DNA of 63,955 bases, counting the filler, from Stramenopiles sp. TOSAG23-2 (taxonomy: Eukaryota), in NCBI GenBank assembly GCA_900128395.1. It is 3 parts of 3 records of this genome, joined end to end, with 100 filler letters (N's around TTAATTAATTAA, not from the genome) between each part and the next. Parts side by side here need not be neighbours in the genome. Positions count along the whole stretch, not along the records: positions 42,930 to 63,955 come from LT649544.1; 2 more parts are not named here. One strand, 5' to 3'. This document shows, in pieces, positions 42,930 to 54,487 of this stretch (position 1 is its first letter; every line of letters starts with the position of its first letter). A model generated the notes under the pieces. It saw only the letters and a program-made list of their open reading frames with translations. It searched no databases and was not told the DNA's origin. The translations under genes and the position numbers were made by a program.

Positions 42930-45200
42930 AATCATCCGAAAAAGGCGGGCGGTAAAAAGGCTAGAGTACTAGCTGCACAACAGAAACGTTATGATAAATT
43001 TGTATTAGAGGCCAAAGGCAATTTATACAAGCCACTTTATATTACTGGGCCCGCGGATACTGTTGATATGGCAAAAATGATGATTGATGCGATGATAACC
43101 GATACTACGGAGCACAAAGCGAACAGGCAAGCCAGATTGAGTGGGAAAAAAAGGCGCCCACGAACAAGTGCACGAGATACATATTATGCAAGCTTAAGAC
43201 GGCGTGCAGGAGAACAAATATTGATGTCTAACGATGATGTATCTTTAATTGTTTTAGCAAGTAGTATGCAATTGAATCATGAAATGTTAGCACAGACATT
43301 AAGAGAGATGGGAGAACATGGATACGAAGGAGATACTATGGTGACCAGAGACATTGCTGAATTATTAATTTTGGAATGTGGAATGGTTCCCATTTTCCCA
43401 GAAGAAAGCCATTTGGATAGGGTACGATCCGAACGTATGGTTGATGATAAAACGCCATTACGACCAGCAGTTATCACCATTATGGGACACGTTGATCATG
43501 GTAAAACAACTCTGTTGGATACGTTACGTAAATCAGCTATTGGAAGCGGGGAAACTGGTGGAATCACTCAAAAAATTGGAGGCTTCACTTTAAAAAGTCA
43601 AAGTGGTATGAAGCTTACCTTCATCGATACTCCTGGGCATGCCGCGTTCTCATCTATGAGACAAACTGGCGCAAATTCATCCGATATCAATGTTGTTGTA
43701 ATAGCCGCGGAAGATGGGGTCAAGCCGCAAACTGTTGAAGCATTAGAAATAGCACGTAAATCGCAGGAGGAAAATAACGTACCGTTGGTAGTTGCCGTAA
43801 CGAAAATTGATAAAGAGGATATTGACGTGGAAAGGGCCATGACAGACATTGAAGGCCAATTATTGGAAAATGGCATAGTAACAGAAAATATGGGAGGTGA
43901 AGTTCAACTAGTAGCACTTTCAGCCATTAGTGGAAAAGGTTTGGATGAATTTGTGGAAACGATATCTTTACATGCAGATTTATTAGAATTAAAAAGTAAC
44001 CCAAAAGAACCTGGTGAGGGTATTGTGTTAGAATCTAGTTTTGAGCGTGGTTCTGGCATAGTTGCAGATCTTTTAGTGCAATGGGGCACTTTGAAGAAAA
44101 ACAATTATGTCGTCATCGGGGAGGAATGGGGTAGAGTGAAGCGATTAAAAGATGATCATGGAAAAGTATTGAAATCTGCTGGTGCAGGTATTCCGGTCCA
44201 AGTCACTGGTTTTCGGGGGGCGCCAGCATCAGGGGAAGAATTTTTTGTGGTAGACAACGAAAGGCAATGTATCGGTATTACGGAATATCGTGCAGAATTG
44301 AGGCGTAGAGGTGGCGTCGCACAACAGAGATTACGCGTACAGGATGAGGAATACAACGAAGCTATGAACAAAGATAAATTAAAACGACTTGTACAATTGG
44401 AAGATAGGAAGAAAGGAGGGGATAGGGAGGACGAAGAAGACGATAATGAAAACGACAAATTTGCCATTATGTTAAAAGCTGATTCTACCGGCACATTAAT
44501 TGCATTAGAAAAGTGTTTCTCCGAAACTGTTGCAAAATATAACGACGATGTTGATGTGTATGTGCTTAATACTGGGACAGGAGATATTTCTGCTACCGAT
44601 ATTTACGCCGCAAGTGATTCTGGAGCAATTATTTATGGGTTCAATTCTAAATTAACGAAAGAAGCAAAGTCACTTGCACAGCAAAATGGTGTTGAGATCA
44701 TTAACCATAAAATAATATATAGATTGGAAGATGATTTAAATGACAAATTAACGAGTATGATGCCACAAATAGAAAGCGAAAGCTTTTCAGGACGTGCTGA
44801 AGTTTTAGATACGTTTGAGATTAATGGTAAAAATCGTGGTACAAAATACCAAATCAACGGTATGAAGGTAACCAGTGGAACCATCAAAAATAAACAGGTT
44901 TATCGTGTTTTCCGAGATGATGAATTGATATATGATCATCTTGAAGTAAAAACAATGAGAATATTCAAAGATGATGCTACACAAGTTGGCAGCGGTGGTG
45001 AATGTGGCATTCAATTAGTTCCAATAGAAATCAATACTGCTAGTACTGCAAATGAAGGAGGTGATGAGGATGGTAAAAAAGATGATGATAGTATAAGTAG
45101 CAGTAATGATATGGAAATGGAAGGTTTATATGGTATTAAATTGCAACCTGGTGATATTGTTGAAAGTTATACAATTGATATGGTATCAAAAAAATTGTGA
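42930..45200 (+). CDS. MTIF2: Bacterial-type (probably mitochondrial) translation initiation factor IF-2, 5'-partial
   Basis: MGHVDHGKTTLLD, GGITQ, DTPGHAAF, TKID, SAISG, KADSTG, GGECGI; frame is open to the contig edge. Confidence 0.9.
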   Translation, partial: NHPKKAGGKKARVLAAQQKRYDKFVLEAKGNLYKPLYITGPADTVDMAKMMIDAMITDTTEHKANRQARLSGKKRRPRTSARDTYYASLRRRAGEQILMSNDDVSLIVLASSMQLNHEMLAQTLREMGEHGYEGDTMVTRDIAELLILECGMVPIFPEESHLDRVRSERMVDDKTPLRPAVITIMGHVDHGKTTLLDTLRKSAIGSGETGGITQKIGGFTLKSQSGMKLTFIDTPGHAAFSSMRQTGANSSDINVVVIAAEDGVKPQTVEALEIARKSQEENNVPLVVAVTKIDKEDIDVERAMTDIEGQLLENGIVTENMGGEVQLVALSAISGKGLDEFVETISLHADLLELKSNPKEPGEGIVLESSFERGSGIVADLLVQWGTLKKNNYVVIGEEWGRVKRLKDDHGKVLKSAGAGIPVQVTGFRGAPASGEEFFVVDNERQCIGITEYRAELRRRGGVAQQRLRVQDEEYNEAMNKDKLKRLVQLEDRKKGGDREDEEDDNENDKFAIMLKADSTGTLIALEKCFSETVAKYNDDVDVYVLNTGTGDISATDIYAASDSGAIIYGFNSKLTKEAKSLAQQNGVEIINHKIIYRLEDDLNDKLTSMMPQIESESFSGRAEVLDTFEINGKNRGTKYQINGMKVTSGTIKNKQVYRVFRDDELIYDHLEVKTMRIFKDDATQVGSGGECGIQLVPIEINTASTANEGGDEDGKKDDDSISSSNDMEMEGLYGIKLQPGDIVESYTIDMVSKKL

Positions 45201-45544
45201 TACATATATTTGTATACGAACCGTATACGAAGTTCGTCAAAAAACGAAGAAATGAGAGAGAGAGAGAGAGAGAGAAAGATCTCCCAGAGAGATGTGTCAT
45301 TTAAATTCTATAAAATAACATATATAAATACGTCTAGATATATAAATTTAAATGAAATTAAGCACCTCTGGTTTAAATAAGTTGACAGACAAAGGGTGGT
45401 GAAATTAGTCGATATTTTACATTCCCTACCTGTGTTATTTGCAAATAGCATTGACATATCATTACAAAATCGAGCAGAAGAAAAGTTTTTTGTTGTACAG
45501 TGCTACACCAAAAAATTCCCAAAAAACAGAAGATGAGAAGAGTA

Positions 45545-45576
<32 letters not shown>

Positions 45577-45656
45577 TTCTTTCTCTCTCCTCCATTCTCT
45601 ATCTCTACACCTATAGAAATACATATAAATAATACACTTGTATTAATAGAATAATC

Positions 45657-48069
45657 ATGGGTTTTCTGGATGATGGTACACCGTTGGCTTGGAAAGACTC
45701 ACTGCAATATTTAGAATATGTAAGGAAACATGGAGTAAAGCAATTTATTAGTACCTATTTAAAAGTAAAAGATAGGAAAAATGATAAATTATTATGGGGT
45801 ATGTAAATCTATATAAAAAAAAAATCTTATCCTAATAAAATATTTCTAACAATATTACATACGTATATATATACATACGTACATGATATATATTGTTTTT
45901 TCAACAGGTGATGAAATTGAATATATGATATTAAAATTTGATCATTCCAAAAAAAAAGTATATCTTTCCCTACGTGCTAAGGAAATTATTGGTACGTTAG
46001 AAGCACAAGAAAAAGAGTTGAAAAAAGATGGCAAATCAACAACTGCCTGGAGACCAGAATATGGCAATTGGATGGTAGAGGCCGTCCCAAGTAAGCCGTA
46101 TGGCGGGCAAGCTGCTGATTTAAGCACGGTTTTTACCAATATGCACGATCGAAGAAATCGTATCGAATCCGTCCTTCTTGATGACGAATATGCAATGACT
46201 ATTGTTGCATTTCCTACACTTGGAGTTGGACAATTTACGTTTCCACCATCGAAACCTGGTGGGGTATATGCACAATCAGATTGCGTATCGGATGCAGTGA
46301 TTAACCCGCATCCTCGTTTTTGGACATTGACAGGAAATATTCGTACCAGACGTGGATCAAATGTGAATATTCGTGTACCAATATTTCAAGGTAATCAAGA
46401 GAAAGTATTAACTACTAATAATTATAATAGTGATGGGGACGATAATGAGGATACAATATTTAAATTTAATGTAGACCAGGATGTTAATAATATGTTAAGC
46501 AACGATGAAGCAAATACAGAACAACCGAATGACAAGAAGAACGCAAAGGGCGATGATGATCAAAAGCCAAGTAGCAACGACAATACCGAGACCAACACTA
46601 CTACTACGACTACGAATGATAACAATGCAATAACAAATGCAAAGCAAGAATTTGTAACAATGGATTGCATGGCATTTGGTATGGGATGTTGTTGCCTTCA
46701 AGTTACATTTCAAGCAAGGGATTTAACAGAATCCTTACGTTTGTATGATCAATTAGCCGTGTTGGCACCGATATTATTGGCACTTGGTGCTGCTTGCCCA
46801 ATTTTAAAAGGCCGTTTAGTAGATACAGATGTTCGTTGGAATGTCATATCTGGATCAGTAGATGACAGAACTGAAATAGAACGTGGTGTTGGGACGTCAA
46901 GAGGTGGAACATTAACCGGTCCTGGAGATAAAAGGATACGCAAATCAAGGTATGATTCGATTGATTCATATATATCAGAAAATCAATATTATCGTGATCA
47001 ATACAACGATTTGCCACTGGAAATGGATGGAGATACGTTGAATGAATTAAAAAATGCGGGAATTCCAAATTTACTTGCGAAACATATTGCACATTTATTT
47101 ATACGCGATCCGTTAGTTATCTATAAAGAGAGGATTGAAATTGATGATGCAAACGATGTAGACCATTTTGAAAACATCCAATCTACAAATTGGCAAAGTG
47201 TTAGGTGGAAGCCGCCACCTCCAAGTGCAAAAGATTCACCAGATATTGGATGGCGAGTTGAATTCCGTTCAACGGAAGTTCAATTAACTGAATTTGAAAA
47301 TGCAGCATTTTCCGTATTAATTGCATTATCCTCGCGTGTAATTTTGTTTTTTGATTTGAACTTATATATGCCCATGTCCAAAGTGGATGAAAATATGAAA
47401 CGAGCCCATAATCGTGGTGCAGTGTTGAAGGAAAAATTTTTCTTTCGAAACCACGTCGTACCATTGGCGGAGGAATGTGGCGATGATGAAAATGCAACGT
47501 TTACAGATGAAGAGGAGAATTGTTGCAATCCATTATCTATTAGTGAAATATTAATGGGAAAAAGTTTAGAAAATGGCCGTTTTCCTGGGTTAGTGCCATT
47601 AATTTATGCATATTTGGATATTATAGAATGCGATGTAGGGATACGAATGCAAATTGAAACATATTGCGATTTTTTAAGTATGCGTGCAAGCGGTAAATTG
47701 CTGACTACGGCAACTTGGATGAGAAAATTTGTATTGAATCACCCAGCATACAAATATGATTCCGTTGTGACGGATGAGATTTCATATGATCTATTAGTAG
47801 CATGCGATGAAATAGTAAAAGGTAAATTAAAAGTACCTGAATTATTTGGTCAATTTTCTGATGAAATTATGCAAAGCAAAGGATCCAATAATGATAATAA
47901 TAATGATGTACTTTTACGCGGTAGTTCATTTCGCAAAGAAGTCAAAACAGGATGGCAATGTAATTTGATTAAACAATTGATCAACAAATATTCCAATAAT
48001 TTACAAGCACATACATTAAGAGCAGAGAAACAGAAATTTCAAGATACAGTGGCATATTTGAAACGATAA
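45657..48069 (+). CDS. GCLC: Glutamate-cysteine ligase catalytic subunit, 2 exons: 45657-45798 and 45908-48069
   Basis: Exon 1 MGFLDDGTPLAW...; splicing restores LLWGDEIEY. Also WRPEYG, MDCMAFGMGCCCLQVTFQ, KSRYDS, HFENIQSTNWQ, GWRVEFR. Confidence 0.95.
45799..45907 (+). other. Spliceosomal intron (109 bp)
   Basis: GTATGT donor, TTCTAAC branch-like motif, CAG acceptor. Confidence 0.9.
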
Positions 48070-48433
48070 AAAAATATGCAAGGTATGGTATATAATAAGC
48101 TATACCCGACACCTCGCAATAAATATATATATATATATATATGATTAATGATACTTCGCACTTGGTATCTCATTTACTATGTTTATACGTATTAGATAAT
48201 TTTTTTTTGGAGAGAAGAAAGCCTCACCAGCTTACCCATACGAAACGCGCTATTTTATACTCGTAAGAAATATATACGAAGTATAATATAAAAATAAAAT
48301 AAAATGAGAGAGAGAGAGATATTGTAAGGATAATTTTTTTTATATACGAACGTTCGTATGATATGCATATGAGATGTTATACTTCTCGTATATATAATAA
48401 TTTAATTTACGACGCACATAATTTATTTTTGTT

Positions 48434-48502
48434 TTAATTTACTCATGATAATTCCTACTCTTCAAAAGAATACAATAACTGAAATAATCTATCTCACACT
48501 AA
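48434..48502 (+). repeat. Convergent-spacer dispersed element
   Basis: AATTTACTCATGATAATTCCTACTCTTCAAAAGAATACAATAACTGAAATAATCTATCTCACACTAA, reverse match to 12230-12305. Confidence 0.9.
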
Positions 48503-48591
48503 TGTGTTGATATATCATACGACGGTTCGTGTAATATTTAAAATAATATATCTGGATAAATACGAATATAATATAAATATAAAGCACATAG

Positions 48592-49245
48592 TTATTCTTC
48601 ACTCTTCTCGTCTTTATTTTCCAGGTCTGGGTGCGTGAAACGACCTGTAGCGAAAATGGTTATAACTTTCTTACCATTCTTCTTCCCCTCTTCCTCGCGT
48701 TGTGCCCAGTCAATCCTTGACTGAACGATACCAACATTCCTCCATCGATTCAGCAATGCATATTGTCGATTGAGCATTTTTGACACTTTCACTTTTTCAC
48801 ATTGATTCACTGGTTTAAGACCAGTAAGATATTTCCGTATGATCTCTCCAAAATCTTTTGTGTTATAATTCCTTCTATATCCACATATTCTACATGCGGC
48901 ATCCACAGGTTTTGGAATGTTAACATGAAATTTGCAATAATAGAACTGTCTCAGTTCCAACAGTGTCTTGTTACATAAAAACATTGCAGGAATATACTTT
49001 GCAACATGGCAAAGTAATTCTGGACTAAGTTTGTCTTTTAAATCGAACATTGCCTTCTTCGTATTTTTCTTCTTCTTTAGAACGATTCCTTGACTGTGTT
49101 TACTATTACTACTACTACTACTACTGCTGCTACTACTGCTGCTACTAAATTCATTTCTAGCTTGTTCCTCAGTTGATTCAATTTTTTTCAAGTTTTTTAC
49201 TTCTATATTTTCTTCTGCATCATTAAATATTCGTTTTCCATTCAT
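48592..49245 (-). CDS. Hypothetical protein (weak F-box-like segment)
   Basis: 217-aa ORF with poly-Ser; LKDKLSPELLCHVAKYI loosely resembles an F-box start. Confidence 0.55.
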   Translation of the reverse strand: MNGKRIFNDAEENIEVKNLKKIESTEEQARNEFSSSSSSSSSSSSSNSKHSQGIVLKKKKNTKKAMFDLKDKLSPELLCHVAKYIPAMFLCNKTLLELRQFYYCKFHVNIPKPVDAACRICGYRRNYNTKDFGEIIRKYLTGLKPVNQCEKVKVSKMLNRQYALLNRWRNVGIVQSRIDWAQREEEGKKNGKKVITIFATGRFTHPDLENKDEKSEE

Positions 49246-50407
49246 CTTTCACAGTATATATATATATATATATGCACTACAATATACGTATATGTATATG
49301 TAACAATTGATCTAATGATTGATTGATTGAAAATGCTAATTGGTTTTATTGGTTTGTCATGTGACTCTTTTTACTTTCGTCTACTGTACCGGTATATGTA
49401 TTAAATGATTTATAATACATTAATATTTACAATAACACATTTTTAAATTTTATTAGCCGGTTTATATTTAAGTTATGCACTTCTTATTAGTGTTGTAATG
49501 TTGTAATAAATTTAAATTACACTTTGCACCTTTCTTATTAGTCTAATTAGTATAAATGTAGTTTTGAAAGTTTTTGGCAAGAAGAAGAAGCCAGATTTTG
49601 TTAATTTGGACATTTGGACCCGACGGAATGCTATGTATACTGTATGGAATGCCTCTAATGCTGGAGGACACCAGCAGCCTGTACAGTAGAGTACACATGT
49701 AGTCTACCAAGTACTGTACTGTGCTACTGTATACCAGCTTCGGCACTTCGATCAACTCTGTGGCAAAGTTAGAAAAAGCAGGTGGAAATAGGAAATAAAT
49801 ATTTTATTAAGGTTATTATCAAATATGATTCCAATGCTATTACAATGCTATTACAATGTTAGTATTAAGGTTTATTATTACAGTGCTATTTATATTCTAT
49901 TTATCCATCAATTTCATCGAGGCAGATCCCTAGAAGGCAAAAAATCTGTTAGATACCCGAGCAGAGATCCCAGAGATTTTAGATTATCAATTTTAGATTC
50001 TATTACATTTTTTGGGAGGAATTCCATACTTGCTGGTTTGGTTAATTATATTATATTTAATGCTAATCAGTGTTAATTTTCCACGCAAATCCGTGTAAGT
50101 TTAAGCCACCCAAATTAATTATTAAAAGATGAATAAATGTATATAAACGATAGGAACTGTGAAAATTGTTTTTGATTGAAAGCTGTTCGATATATTAGAA
50201 CCAGAATAATTCCATACACGGCTCTCTTTTTGGCTATATCGTCACTGAATTGCATTTTTTTATCTGTTCGAAACAAATTGAAGGAAAATATCTAAGTTTT
50301 GTTGTAATTTTTTTCCCTGTGTGTTGTTCATTTATCCATTATTTTTTAATAATATATTTTAAATATAATAATAATAATAATAATAAAAAGTAAATAAATA
50401 TTTAATC

Positions 50408-53323
50408 ATGATAGGAAAAACCATTATTTATAGCATATTTGCAATAGTTATTTTATCAAATATATCATTATTTGGTGAATCACAACCAGCTGGCGCGGCA
50501 CCACCAGCAACACCAATTAAACCACAAGTAGCAGCTGCAGCACCAGCAGCACCAGCAGCAAAAGCACCAGCTGCTGCAGGTGCAGCACCAGCAGCACCAG
50601 CAGTACCAGCAGCAAAAGCACCAGCTGCTGCAGGTGCAGCACCAGTTGCACCAGTTGCCCCAGCAACTAAAACGCAAAAAAAGTTTCACGATAATACAAA
50701 AATTATCACAGCAAAGACAAAGCTTGATGGTGAAGTTATGGATATGCAATGGATTGGAAAAGGAAAAAATATTGTATTAATTTTAACCGAAGATGCAATT
50801 TTACACCGAAGTAATGATGATGGTAAAACTTTTAGCAACCAGATGAAAAAATTACAAGCAGTTGCGCAAGGCAAAGGCAAAACCGTATCGGGAATACGTT
50901 ACATGTTAGCTAGCAAAGCCGATCCATTGCGTGTTTTCTTTGTTGGTTCAGAAGATAGCCATTTTACCACTATGGATGGCGGTAAAACATTTAAGCTGGT
51001 AAATTCTGTTGTTGCATTTGAGGATATTAAATTGCATCCAACACATGCTGAGTGTATGATGGCTGCGCAAGATACATGTAGTGGTGGTAAGGCAAAAAAA
51101 GGACAACCGTGTTATCGTAAATTATGGGTATCACATGATTTTGGACAAAGTTGGAGCCATGTTGCCGATAGAGTCCAACAATTTGATTGGACGGAGGAGG
51201 TACCAAAAAATATACGACCAAAAAATTGGAAACCAAGTGCACATTCAATCATTGCAACCATCTTCAAAAAAGGTAAGGAAGGAAATCAAAATTTAGATAC
51301 ATGGGATACCGATATTGATTTTGTCATCACAAACGATGAGTTTAAAACACAAACTGTTGTAGTACCACATGGAAATAGATTTTTAATCATGGCAAATAAA
51401 TTTTTCGTTGCTAGAAACCAACCAAAAGGAAAGGAAGAAGGAACTACGGTAAATTTGATGGTATGTGAACCATCTTTAAGTACATTTATTCCAGTACAAA
51501 TGCCAGCAGAAGCAGCTGATTTGAAACATCATGGATTCACGGTGGTAGATACATCGGAGGGACAAGTATTTTTGCAAATTAATCATGAAGGAGATGGTGC
51601 TGTGTGGGGACATTTGTACATGTCCGATGCAAGTGGTTTTCGCTATTCGTTATCATTGCGCGAAAACAGGCGTAATGATGATGGCACGTGTGATTTTGCA
51701 AAGTTCGAAGGCATGCAAGGTATTTACGTTGCTAATTTTTATGATTCTGATAGTCTTGGACCAAATCAAAAAAATACAGGTGCTGGCATGGGTATTCAAA
51801 AAGGTGATTCAAGAGCTGGTGCCTTTACGAAAAAATCAAAACGCCATGTTGGAGATGATCCAAATGTTCGAAGTGTGATTACTTTTAATAAAGGTGGTAC
51901 GTGGAACTTTTTACAACCACCTGCAACGGATAGTGAAGGAAAAGCAACAAATTGCTTTCCAAATGCAGGTTGTTCCTTGCATATTCACGGAACAAGCGAT
52001 TATTGGGGTCCATTTTATTCATTAGACAGTGCAATTGGATTGGCAATGGCCACTGGTAACTTAGGATCAAGGTTGACCCCATATGCAGCGAAAACAAATA
52101 CATATTTCACTCGAGACGGCGGCGTGACTTGGACGGAAGCGGCAAAAGGCTCCCACATTTACGAGTTTGGAGATCATGGTGGTTTAATTTTAATGACACG
52201 TGATAATGTACCAACCCAAACATTGAAATATTCATGGGACCAAGGACAATCATGGACGGAATTTCAATTTTCAAAAACCCCTGTTGAAGTAAATAATATT
52301 ATCATCGAAAGGTCTGGCAAAGGGTTGCAATTTTTATTGTACGGCACAGAGGAAGGAAGCGGTAAAGCCCGTTCCTCCGTAGTTTATTACTTGAATTTCA
52401 AAGAGCATGTGGCTGGGTGTAAAAATGTGAACAACCCAGATGCTGCAAATAGTGATTTTGAACAATGGGAACCACGCAACGTATTCCAAGGCAGCTCATG
52501 TATACTTGGACATGAAGTCAAATATACACGCAGGAAACAAAATTCTGCATGTATGACTGGAAAAGCCCATGAACGTAGTGTATTTGTACGCAATTGCGAA
52601 TGCACAGAAGCAGATTATGAATGCGACATTGATTACTTCCGCGATGTAAACGCCGGTGTATGTGCATTGCAAAAAGCTGCAGATGGATCTCCAGTTGTTT
52701 ATAATTTAACACAATCCATTGCAATGCAATGTGGTAGAAAAGAAAATCAAGGTTATTATTACATGCCTACTGGATATCGACGTGTTGCTGGCGATACGTG
52801 TTCCGGTGGTATCAACCATTTAGGCTCTCAAGTTAGTTGTCCATCATGGGCTATTGGCCAAAGTGGTGGTGGATGGTTCCATTTTATATTGATGGGTTTG
52901 GGATTAGCAGTAGTTGCATATGGTGCATTTACTGCTAAAGGACGTGAAATATTTGGCACAATCTGTGGTAAACTTTCTTGCATTTTTAGTATTTTTAGTA
53001 TTTGTTGTAAATCTAGTAGTAGAAATAATTATCGCGATGGTTACAAACCAGTTAATAATGCAGACGACGATGATTTGGAAGATGGATATAAACCATACCA
53101 AGATGATGATGAAGAGATGGGTTTGGATGATGATGATGATGATGATGATGCTGAGGAATTTAATAAGGGAGATCGATCATACAATCGAGATCGTAGACAT
53201 GCAGAACGTATAGCAAGAGCATTAGAAGGTGAGGATGATGACGATGATGATGAAGATGGTGATGATTTGGATTTTGATGATGATAATGCATTTAATCCTA
53301 GAGAAGATGAATCACTTTTGTAA
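50408..53323 (+). CDS. Sortilin / VPS10-domain sorting receptor
   Basis: Signal peptide, Ala/Pro repeats, Asp-box repeats (SNDDGKTF, SHDFGQSW, TRDGGVTW, SWDQGQSW), 10CC region (CECTEADYECD, GYRRVAGDTCSGG), one TM helix, acidic tail ending ESLL. Confidence 0.93.
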   Translation: MIGKTIIYSIFAIVILSNISLFGESQPAGAAPPATPIKPQVAAAAPAAPAAKAPAAAGAAPAAPAVPAAKAPAAAGAAPVAPVAPATKTQKKFHDNTKIITAKTKLDGEVMDMQWIGKGKNIVLILTEDAILHRSNDDGKTFSNQMKKLQAVAQGKGKTVSGIRYMLASKADPLRVFFVGSEDSHFTTMDGGKTFKLVNSVVAFEDIKLHPTHAECMMAAQDTCSGGKAKKGQPCYRKLWVSHDFGQSWSHVADRVQQFDWTEEVPKNIRPKNWKPSAHSIIATIFKKGKEGNQNLDTWDTDIDFVITNDEFKTQTVVVPHGNRFLIMANKFFVARNQPKGKEEGTTVNLMVCEPSLSTFIPVQMPAEAADLKHHGFTVVDTSEGQVFLQINHEGDGAVWGHLYMSDASGFRYSLSLRENRRNDDGTCDFAKFEGMQGIYVANFYDSDSLGPNQKNTGAGMGIQKGDSRAGAFTKKSKRHVGDDPNVRSVITFNKGGTWNFLQPPATDSEGKATNCFPNAGCSLHIHGTSDYWGPFYSLDSAIGLAMATGNLGSRLTPYAAKTNTYFTRDGGVTWTEAAKGSHIYEFGDHGGLILMTRDNVPTQTLKYSWDQGQSWTEFQFSKTPVEVNNIIIERSGKGLQFLLYGTEEGSGKARSSVVYYLNFKEHVAGCKNVNNPDAANSDFEQWEPRNVFQGSSCILGHEVKYTRRKQNSACMTGKAHERSVFVRNCECTEADYECDIDYFRDVNAGVCALQKAADGSPVVYNLTQSIAMQCGRKENQGYYYMPTGYRRVAGDTCSGGINHLGSQVSCPSWAIGQSGGGWFHFILMGLGLAVVAYGAFTAKGREIFGTICGKLSCIFSIFSICCKSSSRNNYRDGYKPVNNADDDDLEDGYKPYQDDDEEMGLDDDDDDDDAEEFNKGDRSYNRDRRHAERIARALEGEDDDDDDEDGDDLDFDDDNAFNPREDESLL

Positions 53324-53536
53324 AACAAACGCACTGTATGTAGTATATGTGGATTTATATTCTACATATATAATACATTACGTTTCGTACATAAATAGAT
53401 ATGGGTAAAAAAAGAAAACATTTTAAAAATTTAGGAACACAAAAAGTATATTTTTTTTATTAAATTTGACATTTTTAAATACGAATACACATACACACAC
53501 ACACATCACATACACACACACACATATATAATACGA

Positions 53537-54013
53537 TCATTTCTTCCGTTTACTACCACCATCATCATCTTTCTCCGCCGTATTATTATTATGATGAGAT
53601 GCCCAGCTTTTTAAAATATAAAAATAATAATCTCGTTTATCCTTCCCTTTCATTAAATCAGCAAATATTGAATAATCATTAATAGTTAATAATAAATCAA
53701 TAAACGTTTGTATATTTCCATCGCTTTCATCACGCAATGTGGCGCAGATATCTAAAAATTTCTCAATGGTTACATTATTTGCCTTCAAAGGTTCTTCTAG
53801 GATGCTATCCATTAGTTTACAATATTTTCCGTGTATTTCTGTGTAAATGAATTTATGTTCTTCGTCAGTCGTATCCCAAAATTTTGAATGTTCTTCCATA
53901 AAATCTTTTATTGTATTAATTGTTTCATTTGATAATGTGGAATTCACTACTGCTTTCAATACTTTTCCACCATAAAATTTATCCACAATGAAATTTGTTA
54001 TTGATTTCTTCAT
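53537..54013 (-). CDS. BART (ARL2-binding) domain protein
   Basis: FMEEHSKFW..EEHKFIYTEIHGKYCKLMDSILE...LLTINDYSIFADLM; likely start MKKSIT at 54013. Confidence 0.75.
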   Translation of the reverse strand: MKKSITNFIVDKFYGGKVLKAVVNSTLSNETINTIKDFMEEHSKFWDTTDEEHKFIYTEIHGKYCKLMDSILEEPLKANNVTIEKFLDICATLRDESDGNIQTFIDLLLTINDYSIFADLMKGKDKRDYYFYILKSWASHHNNNTAEKDDDGGSKRKK

Positions 54014-54487
54014 CTTCTTGTTGAAGTATTTTTGTATATATACATAGAAAAAATATATTATTTTCAAAATGTAACTTGATTCCTTCACATATATATTTAT
54101 TATTTCTATATTTTTTATTTTGGGCATGCAGTTGGCCAAGTTGTTATTGTTGGGTGTAGGTGGTGAATTTGAATTTTATTAATAACGACGACGAGATCAA
54201 TATATAATAATATAAATACGAAGAAGACTAGAAGAATATATTAGAAAAATAGATGAAAATATAGAAAAATAGATGAATACTGGTAAATAATAATTGTACG
54301 TCTAATTAAATTCATCCAACGAATCGCAAATATTTGTAATACTGGTATTCATTTGTTTTATATTTTCTTTTTTAAAAAATCGATATCAATATTATCTTGC
54401 GTTAATAAAATATTTATTAATTGTTTTTGTAAATTTATAATTTTATTATTAATAATAATAATAATATACATTTTAGTAATATTAAAT

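Noticed and set aside
5352-48069. Apparent glutathione cluster (two GSTs plus GCLC)
   Set aside because: The genes are on different contigs joined artificially.
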